Shown here piece by piece: positions 47,545 through 57,862 of a DNA stretch of 64,000 nt. Each line of letters opens with the position of its first letter. Position 1 is the first letter of the stretch. Location of the stretch: assembly GCA_965195285.1 (NCBI GenBank), contig CBDAFS010000061.1, positions 12,458-76,457 of the forward strand, read 5' to 3'. Below the pieces are notes generated by a model. That model was not told the origin of the DNA. It was given only the letters and a program-made list of their open reading frames with translations, and ran no database searches. The position numbers and the translations under genes are program-made. This DNA comes from an uncultured Aminicenantes bacterium (GTDB lineage Bacteria; Acidobacteriota; Aminicenantia; UBA2199).

Positions 47545-48621
47545 TTAGTTCTTTTTCAACTGGATATGAAGATTCAGTTTGATTTTGATTTCATCTTCAT
47601 TTGGAGGTATTTTGATTTCAATCGGGATATCAAAATCTTTCATATCCGAGTCCAGAACAATTTTGGCTGCAATTTCCCTCTGATCGTTCCTGTTATCTCC
47701 GATTTTTTTTTCAACCGTTTTCAGGGCATCGATTTTACTATCTGCCAGAAGCCCATCCTCTATCCTCACTTCCGGTATGTCGAGTTTCGAGTCGCTGCTT
47801 TCCATAATGCTCTCAATATCCAGATTGAACACATCATCGCTCTTTTGCAAATCCTCTTTATCAGATGATTCCTCATCAAGTATTTCAGATAACTCAAAAA
47901 CCTCTTCTTTCTCGGTATCTTCCTGTATATCGGAATCGGAAGCCTGAAAATCCTTCAGCATCCCTTCTTTCTTGGTCGCTTTTGATGTAATCTCCTCTCT
48001 TGAGAACATGACGGTCTTGTCCTTTTGAAATACAGATAATTTGTTTTTCAAATGAATGATAACCATCTTTATGCTGGCATGAAGTCCTTCCAGAATATTT
48101 TCACCGGTGGTGGCCACAGTGGGAAAAAAGGATTTGTTTTCAGGATTCAAATCCTTGTTCAGTTCCTCCAGGGGGAGAATTTCTTTCAAATCCCTCTTGT
48201 TGTACTGAAGGATGATAGGAATCTCCATGGACGGTATCTTGTTCAATTCGAGGTTCTTCTTCATATTATTGTAACTCTCAATATTTTGTTCCCTAATGGT
48301 CACCTGGGAATCCGCTACAAATACAATCCCATCAGCTCCCTGAAGGACCAGCTTCCGGGTGGTATCATAGGAAACCTGGCCCGGGACCGTATACAGTTGA
48401 ATTTTAATTGAGTAATCACCCAGCTTTCCGATTTCAATGGGCAGGAAATCAAAAAATAGGGTCCGGTCACCATCCGTATCCAGGGTGATCAATTTTCCCT
48501 TGTTACCGAACTCCGGACAGGAGTAAATATATCTCAAGCAGGTGGTTTTTCCGCTCAGGGCAGGTCCGTAATAGACGATTTTGACGGTAATTTCTTTATT
48601 ATTATAGTTTACAAATGCCAT
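47545..48621 (-). CDS. mglA: MglA-family small GTPase with acidic C-terminal extension
   Basis: KIVYYGPALSGKTT, DRTLFFDFLP, LYTVPGQ, VLQGADGIVFVADSQ, YNKRDL. Confidence 0.88.
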   Translation of the reverse strand: MAFVNYNNKEITVKIVYYGPALSGKTTCLRYIYSCPEFGNKGKLITLDTDGDRTLFFDFLPIEIGKLGDYSIKIQLYTVPGQVSYDTTRKLVLQGADGIVFVADSQVTIREQNIESYNNMKKNLELNKIPSMEIPIILQYNKRDLKEILPLEELNKDLNPENKSFFPTVATTGENILEGLHASIKMVIIHLKNKLSVFQKDKTVMFSREEITSKATKKEGMLKDFQASDSDIQEDTEKEEVFELSEILDEESSDKEDLQKSDDVFNLDIESIMESSDSKLDIPEVRIEDGLLADSKIDALKTVEKKIGDNRNDQREIAAKIVLDSDMKDFDIPIEIKIPPNEDEIKIKLNLHIQLKKN

Positions 48622-48623
48622 GG

Positions 48624-49124
48624 CTAAAAAGGATCACTGTTACTTTCATCATAGGGGAATTCATTAATATCCTTTTCTGGCGGGGATTGAGTTTGATCCT
48701 GTGGCGAGGAATGGCCGGGATCCTGCTCCGGACTGGATGACTGGTCATCTCGCTGACTACCTGAATAAGAGGTTGATCTATCTGATTTTTCCAGAATAAC
48801 CAGATTGTCAACATGAATCTCTGTGGTTCGCCTGTCCTGGCCGTTTTTATCCTGCCATTTTCTGGTTTTCAGTCTCCCTTCAATCAGAACCATAGAACCT
48901 TTGCTGATATTTTTTTCAATCTTCTGGACATTCCAACCCCAGGCAACAAGGTTGTGCCATTCGGTAATATCTTTCCATTGCTTGTTTTGATCCATATAGC
49001 CTTCATTGGTTGCTATGCTGAATTTGGCTACATCTTTCTCCAGGCTGGGAATATGGGTGATTTCTGGGTCCTTACCCACTCTCCCCACCAAAATAACTTT
49101 GTTCAGGCTTCTTACATGACTCAT
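48624..49124 (-). CDS. ssb: Single-stranded DNA-binding protein
   Basis: LNKVILVGRVGKDPE, TEWHN, IEGRLKTRKW, acidic C-terminus ending PF. Confidence 0.95.
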   Translation of the reverse strand: MSHVRSLNKVILVGRVGKDPEITHIPSLEKDVAKFSIATNEGYMDQNKQWKDITEWHNLVAWGWNVQKIEKNISKGSMVLIEGRLKTRKWQDKNGQDRRTTEIHVDNLVILEKSDRSTSYSGSQRDDQSSSPEQDPGHSSPQDQTQSPPEKDINEFPYDESNSDPF

Positions 49125-49128
49125 GGTT

Positions 49129-49887
49129 TTATTCCATTATTTCTCGTACTCTCTGCTGGGCCAGGGATGCTTCTTCAGATAGGGGAAATTTTGAAATCAA
49201 TCCCTTCAAAACCCCGGCCCCCTCACTCTGTTTTCCCATCTCAATCAGGGCAAAACCCCTTTTCAGCATGGCTGCCGGAATTTTATCCCCATCCGAATAT
49301 TGATTGATTAAGCGTTCAAAAGTATTGGCCGCCTCCTGATACTTCTTCTGGGCATAATAGCACTCCCCGATCCAATAGAGGGAATTATCAGCGAGACCAT
49401 TCCGGGGGAACAACTGAATAAACTGATTGAATCCTTTAATGGCTAATTCGTAATTTTTTTTCAGGTAGTCGGAATACGAAGTGTAGTATATATTCTCCGG
49501 TGACTGGAGTAATGATTCCTGCCCGTTCTCAATGTCCAGCCCCTGGCTGTCCTGAAGATCTTTTCGGGAAAGCATCATCAATCCATCATTGATTTTGGTG
49601 ATTTTATTTTTTAATTCGTTGATTTCTTCTTTGATAAACTGAAGGCTCAAATTGAGGCTTTCTCGATTCTGATTAAAATCTGCCTGGTTCTGGGTCAGGG
49701 CACTCACCTTGTTATCAATGATCTCAACCCTTCTATCCAGACTGCTTATCTGCTGTTCGAGCCCCTGGATCACCCGGGTCAGTTTATGGATTTCCGTGAT
49801 AATTAATTTTGTAGATTTGCTGAGTGAATAACCAGGGGAAAGTCCAATCCACAGCAGGCATAAAAGGAAAACAACGGATTTTTTCAT
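49129..49887 (-). CDS. cpoB: Tol-Pal system protein YbgF/CpoB
   Basis: Coiled coil + TPR, ADNSLYWIGECYY, AAMLKRG; adjacent to pal. Confidence 0.9.
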   Translation of the reverse strand: MKKSVVFLLCLLWIGLSPGYSLSKSTKLIITEIHKLTRVIQGLEQQISSLDRRVEIIDNKVSALTQNQADFNQNRESLNLSLQFIKEEINELKNKITKINDGLMMLSRKDLQDSQGLDIENGQESLLQSPENIYYTSYSDYLKKNYELAIKGFNQFIQLFPRNGLADNSLYWIGECYYAQKKYQEAANTFERLINQYSDGDKIPAAMLKRGFALIEMGKQSEGAGVLKGLISKFPLSEEASLAQQRVREIME

Positions 49888-49890
49888 TCT

Positions 49891-50427
49891 CTATTTCTTG
49901 ATGATAACGAACTCCACCCTCCTGTTCTGATAATGGCTTTCTTCATCCATACCCTTCATCACCGGTTTGGTCTTGCCATAAGAAATAATCTTAACCCGAT
50001 CCGGTTTAATTCCCAGCGAAACCAGGTAATTGAGGGCAGATTCGGCTCTTTTTTCACCCAAAGCCATATTGTATTCAAACGTACCCCTTTCATCACAATG
50101 ACCTTCCATCAATATGTCAACATTGCCATGTTTCAATAACCAATCCGCATTCCTGTGCAGTACGGGTTTCATATTGTCCTTAATATCATATTTATCAAAA
50201 TCGAAATAGATCCTTTTCAAATAACCTGCCTTATTGGCTTCTTCCAGTGACCGCTTCTGAAAAAGCTCTTCTTCGGTCAGCACCGGTCTATCTACTTTGG
50301 GAACATCCTCATCCACTTTTTCCACGGTCTCCTGAACCGGTTCGGTCTCGGGTCCCTTTTTCTTACAGGAATCAAAAAATGTCAACAGTGTAAAACCAAT
50401 AAAAATAATAATAAATAATCTTTTCAT
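49891..50427 (-). CDS. pal: Peptidoglycan-associated lipoprotein
   Basis: IYFDFDK, EGHCDERGT.EYNMALGEKRA, ISYGK, NRRVE. Confidence 0.95.
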   Translation of the reverse strand: MKRLFIIIFIGFTLLTFFDSCKKKGPETEPVQETVEKVDEDVPKVDRPVLTEEELFQKRSLEEANKAGYLKRIYFDFDKYDIKDNMKPVLHRNADWLLKHGNVDILMEGHCDERGTFEYNMALGEKRAESALNYLVSLGIKPDRVKIISYGKTKPVMKGMDEESHYQNRRVEFVIIKK

Positions 50428-50581
50428 TAAGTCCTCCTTTGTCGGAGAATTTCTCCTCTGCGGAAATCATTCTCCATCTCCTGCTCTGCAGGAAACCATA
50501 TTATCATTCAATGCATAATTTTTTAAATGACAATCCAGTTTACCTATTTATTTATAATATACAAAACTGCATTTGTCAAAT

Positions 50582-51883
50582 CTATCTAACCTTTTTTTGC
50601 CACTCGGGCATTTTATTCTCACCCTTGAATGTAATCTGTCTGACATTCGATCCGTCATAGTCCATCAAATACAATTGATAATCACCCCCCCGGGTGGAAG
50701 AAAAAACCAGGTGTCTTCCATCCGGCGACCAGGACGGGTTTTCATTCCTTCCCGCATTCTCGGTCAGCTTGATAATGGAATTGCTTCTCAGATTGTACAC
50801 ATAGATATCGAACCGGTATTCAACCCTGGAAACATAGGCAATACGGGTTCCCTCCGGTGACCAGGACGGTGAATCGTGGTAGGTGCCTTCAAAGGTAATC
50901 CTTCTGATATTGGTGCCCTCGGCATCCATAATATAGATCTGGGGTGTGCCGCTTCTCTGGGAAGTAAACACAATTTCCCGGGCATTTGGACTCCAGTAAG
51001 GACTGGTATCAATGATCCGGTTGAAAGTCAGCCTCTTTTCTTTTCCGGTCTTTATATTCAACAGATAGATTTCGGCATTCCCCGATTTTGTCGAGGTATA
51101 GACCACCCGGTCACCTTCCGGAGACCAGTCGGCCGAATAATTTGTCCCTCTTGAGGAGAGCACCCGCGACTTCCCGGTATATATAGAAAAGGAATAAAGA
51201 TCCGGATTGTTATTTTTATAGCTGGTATAGAGTATGCCCTCATTGTTGATGTTCCAGGAGGGGAAGCAGTCAATATAATCATTATAGGTAATTCGCCGGA
51301 TTCTTTTTCCGTCATAATCCATGATATAGATTTCTTCGTTTCCATCCCGGTTGGATACGAAAACAAGCTTGGAAACGAAAAGGGCCTTTTCACCGAAATA
51401 TTTCATCATTTCATCGGCTGCCCGATGGGCAATCAACCTGGTGAATTCCTTCTTACCGCCAAAGTTTCGCCCGAATATGAATTTTTCACTGTTCACTTCA
51501 TATACTTTGAAGGAGAAAATAATCCTCCCGGCCGGGGAAACTTCCAATTCACCGGAAATCAAAATGTTGGCCTGGATCGATGCCCAGTCTTTAAAAATAA
51601 TTCGGGAAGGGTCAAGCTTTTTTATATAACCGTAATGCTCTCTGGGAACCAGTTTGAATACCCTTGAAAACTGTAAATCATGCCACAGGGTTTCGTACAG
51701 TTCCCGGATAATTCCTTCATCAATCACGGACTTGACAGTAAAGTGAAAGGCAGGCAAGGCAACCGGAATCACGGGCATACCTTCTTTTATTCCGACCCAT
51801 ACTTCCTGCTGGGAATAAACCGTCAGGGTTAACAAATTGACAAATATACCGATGATCACACTCAATATTAAAATTTTCTTCAT
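50582..51883 (-). CDS. tolB: TolB beta-propeller protein
   Basis: IAHRAADE, repeated PSWSPDG (PD40). Confidence 0.93.
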   Translation of the reverse strand: MKKILILSVIIGIFVNLLTLTVYSQQEVWVGIKEGMPVIPVALPAFHFTVKSVIDEGIIRELYETLWHDLQFSRVFKLVPREHYGYIKKLDPSRIIFKDWASIQANILISGELEVSPAGRIIFSFKVYEVNSEKFIFGRNFGGKKEFTRLIAHRAADEMMKYFGEKALFVSKLVFVSNRDGNEEIYIMDYDGKRIRRITYNDYIDCFPSWNINNEGILYTSYKNNNPDLYSFSIYTGKSRVLSSRGTNYSADWSPEGDRVVYTSTKSGNAEIYLLNIKTGKEKRLTFNRIIDTSPYWSPNAREIVFTSQRSGTPQIYIMDAEGTNIRRITFEGTYHDSPSWSPEGTRIAYVSRVEYRFDIYVYNLRSNSIIKLTENAGRNENPSWSPDGRHLVFSSTRGGDYQLYLMDYDGSNVRQITFKGENKMPEWQKKVR

Positions 51884-52660
51884 CTATTTCTCCCATTCAA
51901 ACTTGAAATGAACGATCAGATATTTGGCTGAGAAATCCGAGGGAAGCGGTGCAAATGGAGCCGCATTCTTAATCGCCCTCAATGCCGAAAGATCCAGAGA
52001 CGTAATACCGCTTTTCTTCTCGAGTTCTAATCGATCGATATTTCCGTTCCACAAAATCCTGAACATCACAATGGTGACATACTTACCCCTCAATCCCGGT
52101 GACACCAGAGAATTATACCAGGCTGTAGATATTTTGTTCCTGAATATATCAATATAATAGGCATAGGGAAATGACAATCCGCCCCTTCCATATCCCCCAT
52201 TACCGGACCCATAAGACTGGTTTGAAGATATTCCTGTGGTCAGTACCTGAGAAGGCCCTTTCCGGGTGGCGGTTATGTCTTTATCGGTCTTCCGCTTCTC
52301 GGATATTCTGGGTTTTCTCACCACAGAAATTAGTTTTTTCTTCTCTTCCCGACGTTTTCCGTTCTTATCCGGATACCTGAGTTTCGATACCGACTCTTTT
52401 TTTACAGTCAGATCTTTTATACTTCCGGTGGTCTCCTCGATTACCATTGCCGAGGTATTGTTTCCAGAGGTGGTTTTCTGACTGCCCTGTTTACCACGGC
52501 TCCCATCCGATCCATTGCCCCAGGACCCGCCCGGTAAATGAATCAGGTCAACATAATAGGTCGTTTCTTTACTGATCTCAGAGTGGGGAACATAGAGAAC
52601 AAGGGCAAATATCGACAGGTGAAAGGCAATTGAAAAAATGAGTGCGGACCTGAATTTCAT
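51884..52660 (-). CDS. tolA: TolA/TonB family energy transducer
   Basis: TM S...H motif; C-terminal SG...LDLSALRAI..AAPFAPLP; located between tolR and tolB. Confidence 0.75.
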   Translation of the reverse strand: MKFRSALIFSIAFHLSIFALVLYVPHSEISKETTYYVDLIHLPGGSWGNGSDGSRGKQGSQKTTSGNNTSAMVIEETTGSIKDLTVKKESVSKLRYPDKNGKRREEKKKLISVVRKPRISEKRKTDKDITATRKGPSQVLTTGISSNQSYGSGNGGYGRGGLSFPYAYYIDIFRNKISTAWYNSLVSPGLRGKYVTIVMFRILWNGNIDRLELEKKSGITSLDLSALRAIKNAAPFAPLPSDFSAKYLIVHFKFEWEK

Positions 52661-53067
52661 TGCTTTTCTTTTTTATCAACAATCATCCCCACTGTTTCAA
52701 TTCCTGCCTTTTTGATGATGTCCATGACTGAAATGACATATCCATAGGAAACATCCTTATCCGCCTTCAGAAAGACAATTTTCTTCTCCCGGTTATGAAA
52801 GTAATTTTTCAACTGGGATTCCAATAAATACAGATTCAGGTTTCTGTCCTGCATGTAGATATAACGGTCCTTGGTGACGGTAAGTATTAATCCGCCTGAA
52901 CTGGGATTGGTTTTGGTTTCAGCAGTGGGAAGATTTACCTGAATTCCCGATTGCATCATGGGAGCAGTCACCATAAAGATGACCAACAAGACCAGCATAA
53001 CATCAACCAGGGGCGTTACATTGATTTCCGAAAGATTTGACGATAACCGGACCCGCTTTTTCATCAT
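52657..53067 (-). CDS. tolR: TolR/ExbD
   Basis: EINVTPLVDVMLVLLVIFMVTAP. Confidence 0.9.
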   Translation of the reverse strand: MMKKRVRLSSNLSEINVTPLVDVMLVLLVIFMVTAPMMQSGIQVNLPTAETKTNPSSGGLILTVTKDRYIYMQDRNLNLYLLESQLKNYFHNREKKIVFLKADKDVSYGYVISVMDIIKKAGIETVGMIVDKKEKQ

Positions 53068-53771
53068 CGCATTCTTCCAAAGGCATTCATGAATTCAAGA
53101 ATGAAATCCTCCATGGTTGAGATCAGTATTTTCAGCTTATTGAGTAATAAATTATAGAATATAACCGCTGGAATGGCTGCAAAAAGGCCCAGGGCTGTAG
53201 CGATTAAAGCCTCGGCGATTCCGGGCGCTACCGTGGCCAGATTGGCATTTCCGACCCTGCCAATCTCCATAAAAGAATCCATAATACCCCAGACCGTTCC
53301 AAACAAACCGATAAAGGGAGTCACGGTAGCTGTGGTGGCCAGAAACCCATTCAATCGTTCCAGTCGGGTAATTTCGGTACTTGAGGCAATGACCAGTGAC
53401 CGCTCGACACTCTCCGAATCCAAATCTGATGAGGCGTATTGGGGGCCCATCTGCAGGGACATTTCCCGGTAACCCAGTTTGAACATCCGGGCCAGGGCAT
53501 TGTTCTTCACCAGAGAGGCATATTTATTGATTTCTGAGAAATTTTTCGATTTCCTGAAATAATCGAGAAATTTTCGGAACTCTTTTCGGGCCCTGGCATA
53601 TTCAAACACCTTGAATATGATAATAGCCCAGGAAATAACCGAAAACAACAGAAGCAACAGCAATACGAACTTGACCACTGGAGATGCGGTTGAAATGAGA
53701 AAGAAAATACTGTCACCTGATTTCAAAGAAGCTGGAATAACAGCAAACAATAGACTTTTCATATCACCCAA
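53064..53771 (-). CDS. tolQ: TolQ/ExbB proton channel
   Basis: PFIGLFGTVWGIM, VAPGIAEALIATALGL. Confidence 0.92.
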   Translation of the reverse strand: MGDMKSLLFAVIPASLKSGDSIFFLISTASPVVKFVLLLLLLFSVISWAIIIFKVFEYARARKEFRKFLDYFRKSKNFSEINKYASLVKNNALARMFKLGYREMSLQMGPQYASSDLDSESVERSLVIASSTEITRLERLNGFLATTATVTPFIGLFGTVWGIMDSFMEIGRVGNANLATVAPGIAEALIATALGLFAAIPAVIFYNLLLNKLKILISTMEDFILEFMNAFGRMR

Positions 53772-53865
53772 TGTATCACAAACCTATTGGTATTGCAACC
53801 GAATCCCCAGGGGATTTCCTGCAGGCATTTCAACCCTATGATCTTTAGAGTTGACTCTGTGGAGG

Positions 53866-56004
53866 CTATTGTTCTTTGGCGGGTGAAATTTCCAACTTCT
53901 GTTTCAATTCTTTACAGACTTTTTGAATAAACGACTGCTCTCTATCTAAATTCAGTGAAGCTTCCAGAGCCTTAATGGCTTCCTCTAAATTTTTCAGGTT
54001 GGCCAGGGTAAATCCCAAAAGGTTCAGGACCCGGATATCACTGTTATATATCTTGTTGGCTTTCAACAATTCATCCAGGGCTGAATCGTAGTCCTTCATT
54101 CCGTACAGGGCAGTCCCCTTGATCAGGTAATAATCGAATTTCAGTTCTTTAGCACTCTTTATTTTTTCAACTTCCACCAATACCTGGGTGTATTTCTTCA
54201 TTCTATTCAAAACGTTCAACAGGGCCACATGCCCCTTGCCAAAATCAGGTCGGTTATTGACACACCTTTCATAAAACTTCCCGGCCTGGGAAAAATTGCC
54301 TGCATTTTCATACTGGTTTCCCATGATAAAATACATAAAATAGGGATTGTCCAAACGGGAGCGCTTAAAGGTTTCCATGGGGTAGCCGACAGATTTTAGC
54401 GGCGAAACCGAAAAATTATTTCCCTGTTTGTCGATCAAGATTCCCAGCTTGTCCAGCAGCCTGACTTCAAATTCATAATAATCCGGGGCCAATCCATTTT
54501 CGGACAGCTGATGTAAGATATTCAAGTTTTTATCATATTCAAAATCACCGAGTTTTATCTGGTATTTTTTATCGAACTTGATTCGCTCGTTTAACCCCTT
54601 CAAGTGAATTTCAACTTTTCCGTTCTGCCACAACTCTCTGCCTAAATTGTAAACTCCGACCCAGAGATACGGCCGCGCTCTCACCCGGAAAGTCTTATCC
54701 GTGTCCACAAAGAGTTTATTGTTTTCAAGCCGGTAAGGATAGAAAAAATTGTCAGCCCGCTCCTCAATTTTATGACCCAGAACCGGTGTGGACAGCATGG
54801 CCATTGACCCTTCCGGCCTGCTTTCTATATCCATGTCAAAGTAAGTAAATTCTTTTCCCACCGTATTTTTCAGAAAAACCATCAGCTTGTAATTGCCGGG
54901 AAGCACGGGAAATGAATCATGAACCACAACCCCATTACCTCTCAGGGTTTTCACATTATCCGGATCAAAATAAAATTCAAAATTCTTGGTATACTGGTGA
55001 ATAAAAACTTCACCTTTTTTCAAACTGACGGATAATTCCAGGTTAAAATAGTACTGCTCTTTGTCCTGGCTGTAACCCACCGATAACTGTTTGGGTTTGA
55101 CCGAAATATTGACAAAATTAAAGCCAAACCGCTCATATCGGGAGATGGAGACCAGGTGGGTATTTTCAATATAATTAATGGAAGCATCCACATTAACAAA
55201 ACCTTTATAGTTCAGGAAGTTGGTGGCGTAGGAGACATTTATCTTGCGCTTGGGTGAATCATAAATATTGGACAGGATGAGGTTGCTTCTGAGGCTCAGG
55301 GAGAAATTGAAATTACCCCGGGCTTCATGGGGCAGCATGGATATCGCGGCATTGGCCAAGGCCGGGGAAATTTTATAAATTTGGCTATACAGGGTCGAAT
55401 AATCGTCCCGGTCAACCGGCTGATGCAATATCATAAGCTTATCCGGGCCATCAACAGCAGGGTTATAGAGTTTCCAATCGGTGGTGCCTTTTGGTTGAAA
55501 AAAGGTGATATTAAAATAAGTGGGCAACCCCAGTTTTTTGTCCCCGTAATAGAACCAAATCCGGGCCGGATACAAGCCGGGCTTGCTGTCAAACCGATCG
55601 ATGCTGACGGGTTTTCCCAGTATCATATAAAATTTTCCCCGGTCCGTCATCCATCCGGGTCTGCCAGTTCCCCGCCCAAACTGTTCGTTTGCTTCGATAA
55701 ACCGCTTCTCAATTTCTATTTTATATTCGTTATCCGGAGTTCCGGGTGTGGGATCCCTCTGCCGCCAGAAGGCATTGATTAACATATCGCGATCCCGGTC
55801 ATTGGTGAGCTTCAAAAAGACATCCCGTTCATCCCGGGTAGAGACATAGGTGATTAAATCAAACCAGTATTTATGATGCTGGCTTAGATTCTTAATCGCC
55901 GCTCTTTTCTGCTTGGCAGAAAGGGTTACGTTTTTCCTCCTGGGTTCGGCATATCCCCAGACCAGACCTAAAATGATTAGCACTAATAGTAAATTCTTTT
56001 TCAT
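53866..56004 (-). CDS. GWxTD domain protein with C-terminal TPRs
   Basis: FWRQRDPTPGT..NE, GWMTDRGKFYMILGKP. Confidence 0.9.
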   Translation of the reverse strand: MKKNLLLVLIILGLVWGYAEPRRKNVTLSAKQKRAAIKNLSQHHKYWFDLITYVSTRDERDVFLKLTNDRDRDMLINAFWRQRDPTPGTPDNEYKIEIEKRFIEANEQFGRGTGRPGWMTDRGKFYMILGKPVSIDRFDSKPGLYPARIWFYYGDKKLGLPTYFNITFFQPKGTTDWKLYNPAVDGPDKLMILHQPVDRDDYSTLYSQIYKISPALANAAISMLPHEARGNFNFSLSLRSNLILSNIYDSPKRKINVSYATNFLNYKGFVNVDASINYIENTHLVSISRYERFGFNFVNISVKPKQLSVGYSQDKEQYYFNLELSVSLKKGEVFIHQYTKNFEFYFDPDNVKTLRGNGVVVHDSFPVLPGNYKLMVFLKNTVGKEFTYFDMDIESRPEGSMAMLSTPVLGHKIEERADNFFYPYRLENNKLFVDTDKTFRVRARPYLWVGVYNLGRELWQNGKVEIHLKGLNERIKFDKKYQIKLGDFEYDKNLNILHQLSENGLAPDYYEFEVRLLDKLGILIDKQGNNFSVSPLKSVGYPMETFKRSRLDNPYFMYFIMGNQYENAGNFSQAGKFYERCVNNRPDFGKGHVALLNVLNRMKKYTQVLVEVEKIKSAKELKFDYYLIKGTALYGMKDYDSALDELLKANKIYNSDIRVLNLLGFTLANLKNLEEAIKALEASLNLDREQSFIQKVCKELKQKLEISPAKEQ

Positions 56005-56146
56005 GGCCAGATTATAGTCAATCTCCTGTTATAAGTCAATCAATCCTTAAGACTTATTTCAGGATCGATTTGTTTCATTGCCGGGAAATTTCCTTCGGAT
56101 CCCGGAACCGGATCAGGAAACAGCTGGGGTGGTTCTGGGTTGGAAA

Positions 56147-57736
56147 CTAAACCAGGGCCAGGATTTTGGTCCAGATGATCATGGTAATCATGGCCAGCGG
56201 GTAAACCGCCACATAAATAGTTATCGGGGTTTCTGAATCGGTCATGGAAGTCGTGGCGGTAAAGCCGGGTGTAGAGGTCATACTTCCCGGAAGAAATCCC
56301 ATTAATTCCAACAGATTAACCAGGCGGATTTTCCTGGCGATGAGGATAATCATCAGCATGGGCAAAACCGTCAGAACAGCTCCCCAGAGGATAAGCCATA
56401 TACCGTTTTGCTGGATGACACTTAAAAAATTCTGACCGGCTTCACAGCCTACAGCAGCCAGAAAGAAAATGAGGCCGAATTCCCGGATGAAATGAACAAT
56501 ATTGGTGGGAATTCGCCAGACCACCGGACCCAGCCGGGCCCGGTTACTGAAATAAATTCCGGAAATCAGAACCCCACCGGTCAAACCCAATTTAAATGAC
56601 AATACCCGGCCAATGGTAAAAGGGATTAATCCGACCAGAATTCCGATGGCAATACCCAGAACCAGAGAGAAGACATTGCCCTCTTCGGCTTTTTTAATAT
56701 CATCGCCGAAAAAATCTTTCAATTCTGGCATAAAATCCTTCTCCGCCACCACCGAGATACGGTCTCCCCATTGGATGGAAAAATCGGGAAGTGCCGGCAG
56801 GTCGATACCGGCGCGGGTGATTCGAGTGATATTGGCATCCCGGGTATAGCGAATATTCAAATCTTTGATTTTCTTGCCCACCAGTTCTTTGTTGGTCAAC
56901 ACAAAACGGCCCAGCTCCAGATTGCCCAGAGGCAGAGGACACTGCCTGATCTTACCCAACAGCAGCACTGCCTGTTCAATGTTTTCCAGTGTTCCCACGA
57001 TCCGTAACACATCCCCCTTGCGGAGACGAGTGGAACCACCGGGAACCAGGGTTTGTCCATCCCGCAACAGCCTGGAAATCACACATCCGGTGAATTTCAG
57101 GAACTTCAGCTCTTTAATGCTCTGGCCGACTACATTGGAATTGGTGATTTCAACCTGGCGGGAGATCACCGGATAGGTATGCTGTTCCCGCTCTTCACGT
57201 TCCTTTTTTTCCTCGGCCCGGAGACTTTTTTTCATCAATACCGGAAGCAGCCGAATAAACAGGATAACCCCCACCACACCCAGCGGATAGGCAATACCAT
57301 AGCCGACGGATGCCAGTTGGGAGCCTGTGGCCTCGTAAGCGGAAGCCAGGCCCGGGGTGCTGGTGAAAGCACCGGAGAAGATACCGATGGAAATATTCTC
57401 TTCCAGATTGAATACCCATTGACCCAGTAAGGTCAACAGGGCTCCAGTGGAGATGATGCCCACTGCCATCAGATTCAGGACCATACCCTCTTTTTTCAAT
57501 AAAACCCTGACCTTGGGGCCAGCCTGAAGGCCAATGGCATAAATGAACAAAACCAGGCCCATGGTTCTGAACAGTTCCGGTATGATAAACCCCAGATGAC
57601 CGGCCAGCAGTGCGATAAAGAGAATGGCCGAACTTTCCAAAGCAAAACCCTTGACTTGAATCTGACCCAGAAAATAACCGACAGAGGCAACCAGCATGAC
57701 CAGGAGTATCGGATTTTGGTTGAAAAATTCAATCAA
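56147..57736 (-). CDS. AspT/YidE/YbjL family antiporter with TrkA-C domains
   Basis: GAFTSTPGL, GYGIAYPLG, duplicated GSMTSTPG, two RCK-C domains. Confidence 0.9.
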   Translation of the reverse strand: MIEFFNQNPILLVMLVASVGYFLGQIQVKGFALESSAILFIALLAGHLGFIIPELFRTMGLVLFIYAIGLQAGPKVRVLLKKEGMVLNLMAVGIISTGALLTLLGQWVFNLEENISIGIFSGAFTSTPGLASAYEATGSQLASVGYGIAYPLGVVGVILFIRLLPVLMKKSLRAEEKKEREEREQHTYPVISRQVEITNSNVVGQSIKELKFLKFTGCVISRLLRDGQTLVPGGSTRLRKGDVLRIVGTLENIEQAVLLLGKIRQCPLPLGNLELGRFVLTNKELVGKKIKDLNIRYTRDANITRITRAGIDLPALPDFSIQWGDRISVVAEKDFMPELKDFFGDDIKKAEEGNVFSLVLGIAIGILVGLIPFTIGRVLSFKLGLTGGVLISGIYFSNRARLGPVVWRIPTNIVHFIREFGLIFFLAAVGCEAGQNFLSVIQQNGIWLILWGAVLTVLPMLMIILIARKIRLVNLLELMGFLPGSMTSTPGFTATTSMTDSETPITIYVAVYPLAMITMIIWTKILALV

Positions 57737-57862
57737 TTTGAGTATTCTTCCTTTTTTTCCAGTCTCTCATTTTACTCTTAATTGTGGAGATGTCAACATC
57801 TCGAAAGAAATCAAAATAAATCCGAATGTATCCCCCTTTTTGGGGAAGAATCAATTACCCGG

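Noticed and set aside
50444-50475. GGAGAAT...ATTCTCC inverted repeat upstream of pal as a riboswitch or ncRNA
   Set aside because: Short stem only; no recognisable family motif.
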